In this document: positions 15,675-20,000 of the stretch, one piece after another
Numbering within the stretch: the stretch's first letter is position 1
Layout: each line of letters starts with the position of its first letter
IMG/VR virus record: IMGVR_UViG_3300032038_000058
Strand: one strand, 5' to 3'
DNA length: 20,000 bases
Origin: an uncultured virus (IMG/VR IMGVR_UViG_3300032038_000058)
Taxonomy: Duplodnaviria > Heunggongvirae > Uroviricota > Caudoviricetes
Program-made: the position numbers and the translations under genes
The notes under the pieces: model-generated
The model's input: the letters and a program-made list of their open reading frames with translations, nothing else
Told to the model about the DNA's origin: nothing
The model's database searches: none

Positions 15675-16793
15675 ATGATAACATTAAGTAGTATAAAAAA
15701 ATTTCTAGAAACATTTTTCAATTGGGATTACTGGCATCATCTTTATCCAATCAAAGGAATATCACCAGAAATATCAATTAGGTACAAGATCAACAGAAAA
15801 GGAAGAATTTTTGATACACTCAGAGGAAAATATATTAAAGTTACTCCTTCTGAAGATTATCCTACAGTTATGCTCCGAGAAAGTTCTGGAAAGATTTATA
15901 AAAAAGGAATTCATTTATTAATAGCCCAAACATTTTTATCAAGACCCTCCGAAGAGCATACAGAAGTAGATCACATTGATAGAGATAAAAATAATTATTC
16001 TATTGATAATCTTCGTTGGGTAACTTCATCAGAAAATAAAAAGAATAGAAAATTTTCGGAGAACTCTTATAAATATTATAGAGTATGGGTGGAGTATGAT
16101 ATAAATGACCCTAGAAAGATATTATCGGGACCTATCAGTAATGAAGATTTTTTTCGAAGATTTGGCATTAAGGATCCCCCAAAAGAGATATTAATGGGAA
16201 CTTCAAAGTGGAAATCTTTTCTAATCAGAGAGGAAAATTTATTTAATAACTTTAAATTTGACGTAGAGTGGAAATTGATTCCAAATAGTAATAATAGTTA
16301 TTGTTCTAGTCAAGGATTGGTACTTTTAACAGGACGAAAGACCTCTCCGTTAATTACTAGAGGAAAATTGACTGATTCTGGATATCGAGTAGTGAATATC
16401 AAGAAAAAGCTGTTACGTGTACATAGAATAGTGTACAGTTTGTTTGGTACAGAAGCGTTTAGTTTAAATTCTAAGATGTTTATTGATCATATAGACACTG
16501 ATCGATCTAATAATGATATATCAAACTTGAAATTGGTTAAGGATCAAAAAGAAAATCTTAGTAATCCGCAAACTAGGTTGAAGTTAGGAAAATCGATTGT
16601 GCGGGTGGACTTAGAGGGTAATAAAATTACTGAGTTTAATTCTGTTGCACAAGCTAATTTATCTTTTGGGGTTGCAAGTAATAATTCCAATATTATTCGC
16701 TGTTGTAAAGGAAAACAAAAAACATACAAAGGTTATAAGTGGATGTATAAAGAAGATTATTTAAAACTTAGAGGGAATGAAACTAGCACATAA
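15675..16793 (+). CDS. Free-standing homing endonuclease with two tandem HNH domains and a C-terminal NUMOD1/IENR1-like DNA-binding domain
   Basis: IHLLIAQTF...VDHIDRDKNNYSIDNLRWVTSSEN and VHRIVYSLF...IDHIDTDRSNNDISNLKLV..KEN; C-terminal EFNSVAQA...NIIRCCKGKQKTYKGYKW. Overlaps the nrdG start. Confidence 0.88.
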   Translation: MITLSSIKKFLETFFNWDYWHHLYPIKGISPEISIRYKINRKGRIFDTLRGKYIKVTPSEDYPTVMLRESSGKIYKKGIHLLIAQTFLSRPSEEHTEVDHIDRDKNNYSIDNLRWVTSSENKKNRKFSENSYKYYRVWVEYDINDPRKILSGPISNEDFFRRFGIKDPPKEILMGTSKWKSFLIREENLFNNFKFDVEWKLIPNSNNSYCSSQGLVLLTGRKTSPLITRGKLTDSGYRVVNIKKKLLRVHRIVYSLFGTEAFSLNSKMFIDHIDTDRSNNDISNLKLVKDQKENLSNPQTRLKLGKSIVRVDLEGNKITEFNSVAQANLSFGVASNNSNIIRCCKGKQKTYKGYKWMYKEDYLKLRGNETST

Positions 16794-17289
16794 ATATTTA
16801 GCTGACCTACTTAATGGTGAGGGTCTCCGAGATTGTTACTTTTTTACAATGTGTGACCTATCGTGTTCTGGCTGCTTTAATAAAGAATTATGGAATCCAG
16901 AACCTTCTTTTGGAAAACTTTGGACAGAAGAAGATTTTCAAGAGCTTCTAGTAAATGCTTCTAAACCTTACATATCTGGGATTACTCTTTTAGGTGGAGA
17001 TCCATTTCATCCTGTAAATCGAGAAGAAATTTTGGATTTATGTAAGCGGTTTAAGAAACATTTTGGAGACTCTAAGACTATTTGGGTTTATACTGGTTAT
17101 ACATGGGAGAATATTGAAAAATCTAAAGATGCCAGGTATGAGTGTCTTAAGTATATCGATGTTCTATGTGAAGGCCCGTTTATCGAGAAATTAAAATCTC
17201 CTACTAAACCTTGGGTAGGAAGTGAAAATCAGAGAGTTATTGATGTAAAAAAATCGTTAAATACTAAAACTATTATTTTATGGAATTAA
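16777..17289 (+). CDS. nrdG: Anaerobic RNR activating enzyme (radical SAM)
   Basis: NGEGLR, CDLSCSGCFN (CxxxCxxC), GITLLGGDP, IWVYTGY, YIDVLCEGPF, GSENQRVI. Confidence 0.93.
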   Translation: MKLAHKYLADLLNGEGLRDCYFFTMCDLSCSGCFNKELWNPEPSFGKLWTEEDFQELLVNASKPYISGITLLGGDPFHPVNREEILDLCKRFKKHFGDSKTIWVYTGYTWENIEKSKDARYECLKYIDVLCEGPFIEKLKSPTKPWVGSENQRVIDVKKSLNTKTIILWN

Positions 17290-17450
17290 AAAAGAAGATG
17301 CCAGAAATTCTCAACTACATAGATTTTTTAGTAGATGGAGAGTTTAAAATAGAAGAAAGAGATTTAACTCTTGCTTTCCGTGGTTCTAGAAATCAAACAA
17401 TATGGGAAAAGGATGACTCTGGTAATTTTATAAAAAGTAATTTGAATTAA
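17280..17450 (+). pseudogene. nrdG: Second, divergent nrdG 3' fragment (56 aa)
   Basis: MELKKKMPEILNYIDFLVDGEFKIEERDLTLAFRGSRNQTIWEKDDSGNFIKSNLN* aligns with the C-terminus of the intact NrdG (LKYIDVLCEGPFIEKLKSPTKPWVGSENQRVI). It has no CxxxCxxC. Confidence 0.8.
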
Positions 17451-17528
17451 AATGTAATCGTGGTAATAGTCGGGAAAGGTATATATATCGAATTATATGT
17501 ATCTTCTCTTCTACTACCACATTATGTT
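17451..17528 (+). other. Long imperfect intergenic hairpin (~30 bp)
   Basis: AATGTAAT/ATTATGTT, GTGGTA/TACCAC and AAGGTATATATA/TATATGTATCTT; wobble pairs are G.U on the + strand. Confidence 0.55.
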
Positions 17529-17544
17529 AATTTTATATTAAAAC

Positions 17545-18210
17545 ATGATAAACTTTAGGATAAAAAAGCCACAATTTGTTTTAGAGCTATCTTCCTCTGG
17601 TGTGAAAAAATTAACTAAAGACGGAAAAGAAATCGAGAGGACTGAAACAAAAGATCTAGTAAATAGTAATGGAGTTCTTGACGTTAATAAATTTAAAAAA
17701 CAAGTATTACCTGCTATAAAATCTTTCTGGGACAATAATAAATTCGGAATATGTATTGCAACTGCTTTGTACAGGAACATAAAAAACAAAGAAGAAATTT
17801 GCAAGCTAATAAAAGACGAAGTGGGGATAGATGTGAATATAATAAGCGGAAAAGAAGAAGCCATACTAGTTGGTCAAGCAGTAAAAAGAGAATGGCCTAA
17901 TAAGAGAGTATTGATACTAGATTCTGGAAGTATGAGCACAGAACTTAGTTTAATACCTGATGGATGGTATAAAAGCTTTAAGAAAAATGAATCTATTTTC
18001 ATTGATAAAGAAGTTCTGGAAGATTTACTAAAAGATAAAAACGTGTTGATTGTAGTAACTGGAATAGCTATGTCAAAAATAAAGGAGCCAATTCTTGATG
18101 CACCTAAGAAACTGAGATGGCATACAACACTACAAACAATATTGAATAAAATAGGAAATCACCCCGTTGTAGGAACTAGTGCAACTCCTGGTATTGGATT
18201 ATTAGTATAA
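17545..18210 (+). CDS. Ppx/GppA-family (ASKHA) phosphatase-like protein, compact
   Basis: 221 aa; VLELSSSGVK, ICIATALYRNIKN, GIDVNIISGKEEA, ILDSGSMSTELS correspond to the Ppx/GppA motifs D.GSNS, ATSA.R.A.N, ISG.EEA, D.GGGSTE. Confidence 0.75.
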   Translation: MINFRIKKPQFVLELSSSGVKKLTKDGKEIERTETKDLVNSNGVLDVNKFKKQVLPAIKSFWDNNKFGICIATALYRNIKNKEEICKLIKDEVGIDVNIISGKEEAILVGQAVKREWPNKRVLILDSGSMSTELSLIPDGWYKSFKKNESIFIDKEVLEDLLKDKNVLIVVTGIAMSKIKEPILDAPKKLRWHTTLQTILNKIGNHPVVGTSATPGIGLLV

Positions 18211-18296
18211 ATCGTATTATCATATTACTTTAAATTGGACTACTTATGATAAAGTACATAAGGAAATATATGGGATGTGATTGTAATTAATTATTT

Positions 18297-18342
18297 TAGG
18301 GAGGGTGTTTATTAAATTATAAATGCCTTCTCTATTTATTTT
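18297..18342 (+). terminator. Intrinsic terminator
   Basis: TAGGGAGGGTGTTTAT-TAAATT-ATAAATGCCTTCTCTA (16 bp) followed by TTTATTTT. Confidence 0.7.
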
Positions 18343-18349
18343 AAATCTT

Positions 18350-18682
18350 ATGAATAATAAACTTGTAAATGAATTTCTTGACTTTAGAAAAGAGTGTAAA
18401 GGAAAGTGTGTGATGTATATAACCATACATGACAAGAATACTTCGGAGATTGGAATATCCACGCCAAAGAGAAAACTAAGAGAGGATGAATTAGATGATT
18501 TCTTAAAGTACTTATTAGATTCTGCCAATTTTGAGGGTAGAATTAGAAAAAACGATGAACATTCTATTTGGAAAAAGTTAATAGATGATACTTATTCTAA
18601 AACTTTCTATAGATTTGGTTTATCGAATGCGAGGATTGAAGTAGTGTCTGTAAATATGTCAGATATAATTGGCAAATCGTAA
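18350..18682 (+). CDS. Hypothetical protein (110 aa; start revised from 18323)
   Basis: The ATG at 18323 is buried in the terminator stem; the in-frame ATG at 18350 gives MNNKLVNEF. Confidence 0.7.
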   Translation: MNNKLVNEFLDFRKECKGKCVMYITIHDKNTSEIGISTPKRKLREDELDDFLKYLLDSANFEGRIRKNDEHSIWKKLIDDTYSKTFYRFGLSNARIEVVSVNMSDIIGKS

Positions 18683-18707
18683 AAACTCCGCTACAAACAC
18701 TTCAAGG

Positions 18708-18719
18708 TCTTATTAAATG
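18708..18719 (+). promoter_or_regulatory. Putative phage promoter TCTTATTAAATG (one extra spacer base)
   Basis: Motif variant whose final G is followed immediately by a leader stem GAGATGTT..AGGTAAT / ATTACCT..GACATTTT. Confidence 0.45.
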
Positions 18720-18826
18720 AGAGATGTTAATAAGGTAATAATTTAAATTTCAGGGATTAATAATAAACAAGATTACCTAAGGACATTTTTCAATAGAGAG
18801 ATTATATAAAAAATTTATTTAAATTT

Positions 18827-19948
18827 ATGAATGAAGACGATTTTTTGTTAGATGAAGAAGATGATCTTGAAGGTCAAGATTATGTAACTCCGGATGATAT
18901 CGAAGAAGATACTGATGGAGAGTCTGAATCTGAGGAAAGGGAAGATGAGTCTGAACGTTCTCCTGCATTAACTGAAGAAGACTATGGAGGTAAGATGACT
19001 AAGGATGAAATCTATCTAAGTTCTGCGTATGATGATATTATGATGTCAGCGAAAAAGAACTTGGAAAAAGTTTCAACTGGAGGTGGTCGTATGTTCGATG
19101 GTAATATTGTTGATGCAGTAAGAACTATTATTGGTGCAGCTCCTAAAAATACAGCAGCAATGACAGTAGAGAACTATACTAAAGAATTTTTCCAAACTCA
19201 GGGACACAATCGTATTCCAGCCAGTGTTTATACCCCAGATCAACCGTTACGTGGAAGTGACTTGGATGATGAATTTGGAGGATCAGATGATAGTGGTTTT
19301 AATGAGGAGTACGCAAAAGAAGCAAGAAGTCAGATTGCTAGATTTATAAAATACCTAGCAGACAGAGACCTAAGTAAAGATTCTATTGTTAGTAAAAGAA
19401 GAAAACAAAGACAATTGCCTGCATTCATTATTTTCCTTTTCTCTTCTGGAATGTATGACTTAATCTTAAATTGTGAAACACTGCCCGAAGAATACAAAGT
19501 TCAGGTAGAAAATGCATTTAAGAGGATTCAGAAACAGAAGTATGATATTGTTGAGGCACTAGCACAGCGATATGAGAGTAAAGGAAGAAATGAGGTAGCT
19601 GCTCGAGTAAGAAAGATGGGACTAGATTGGTTTAGTAAAGAGCCAGCAGAAATTCGTAACTTAGCTGCATATGCTGATTTGAATTTGACATATGAGGATG
19701 TTATGGATTATCGTGAATTCCGTCCAAGATTTACAAATGCATCGAGAACAATTACACAAGATTTAATTTCAGACATGATTGAGGTAGTTATAGAGCCTAA
19801 TAAGATTTATGAAAAATTAAAAGATAAAACTAGGGCCGACGCTATTGCTGATGTAAAACAAGTATATAAGGATTGGTCTAAGGAAAACACATTAGACTCA
19901 GAACTTGCCTCAAAAATCATTTGGAAAGATTTAAAATTAGTTAAGTAA
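18827..19948 (+). CDS. Hypothetical phage protein with highly acidic N-terminus
   Basis: 373 aa; first ~50 residues are dominated by D/E, followed by helical sequence. Confidence 0.85.
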   Translation: MNEDDFLLDEEDDLEGQDYVTPDDIEEDTDGESESEEREDESERSPALTEEDYGGKMTKDEIYLSSAYDDIMMSAKKNLEKVSTGGGRMFDGNIVDAVRTIIGAAPKNTAAMTVENYTKEFFQTQGHNRIPASVYTPDQPLRGSDLDDEFGGSDDSGFNEEYAKEARSQIARFIKYLADRDLSKDSIVSKRRKQRQLPAFIIFLFSSGMYDLILNCETLPEEYKVQVENAFKRIQKQKYDIVEALAQRYESKGRNEVAARVRKMGLDWFSKEPAEIRNLAAYADLNLTYEDVMDYREFRPRFTNASRTITQDLISDMIEVVIEPNKIYEKLKDKTRADAIADVKQVYKDWSKENTLDSELASKIIWKDLKLVK

Positions 19949-20000
19949 TGGTTGTTAATAGGAATAAAGTACTAGGGACTATAGAACCAGAGTATTTTGG
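19948..20000 (+). CDS. Partial CDS running off the window end
   Basis: TAATG coupling; MVVNRNKVLGTIEPEYF..., open to the end of the window. Confidence 0.55.
   Translation, partial: MVVNRNKVLGTIEPEYF

Noticed and set aside
18323..18349. ORF start at 18323
   Set aside because: This ATG sits in the 3' arm of a 16-bp terminator hairpin; 18350 is the plausible start.
3962..18528. Antisense ORFs from the track (3962-4210, 6303-6527, 8152-8343, 8657-8902, 12044-12376, 12890-13153, 13775-14053, 16544-16729, 17538-17864, 18244-18528)
   Set aside because: All are shadows of better-supported plus-strand genes, have I/F/S/L-rich antisense composition, and lack the promoter motif.

Overview
AT-rich, densely coding segment that reads like a large (jumbo-type) dsDNA phage genome, probably infecting Bacteroidota. 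Translation starts are A-rich without Shine-Dalgarno motifs, genes often overlap as TAATG/ATGA, most ORFs are hypothetical, and there is a nucleotide-metabolism cluster. Recognisable genes: an SF2 helicase-like protein with a degenerate Walker A, a SLOG protein, a DUF559-like nuclease, a nucleoside 2-deoxyribosyltransferase-like protein, a kinase-like/metallophosphoesterase fusion, a holin-like 2-TM protein, a dNMP-kinase-like protein, anaerobic ribonucleotide reductase nrdD, a tandem double-HNH endonuclease, nrdG with a duplicated 3' remnant, and a Ppx/GppA-like protein. Main points of interest: (1) a 298-nt ORF-less group I (IA2-like) intron interrupting the nrdD glycyl-radical motif RRM|NGY, whose P1/P10/P9.0 pairings and reading frame imply a terminal A (omega-A) rather than the near-universal omega-G; (2) a recurrent intergenic motif (C/T)CTTAnnTATG, about 11 copies on both strands, probably a phage promoter with +1 at the final G; (3) a 155-nt structured ncRNA candidate starting exactly at that G, plus several ~100-nt motif-to-hairpin sRNA candidates; (4) a hairpin-rich, origin-like region at the strand switch beside the helicase-like gene. 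All calls were made by eye; no database search or folding program was run.
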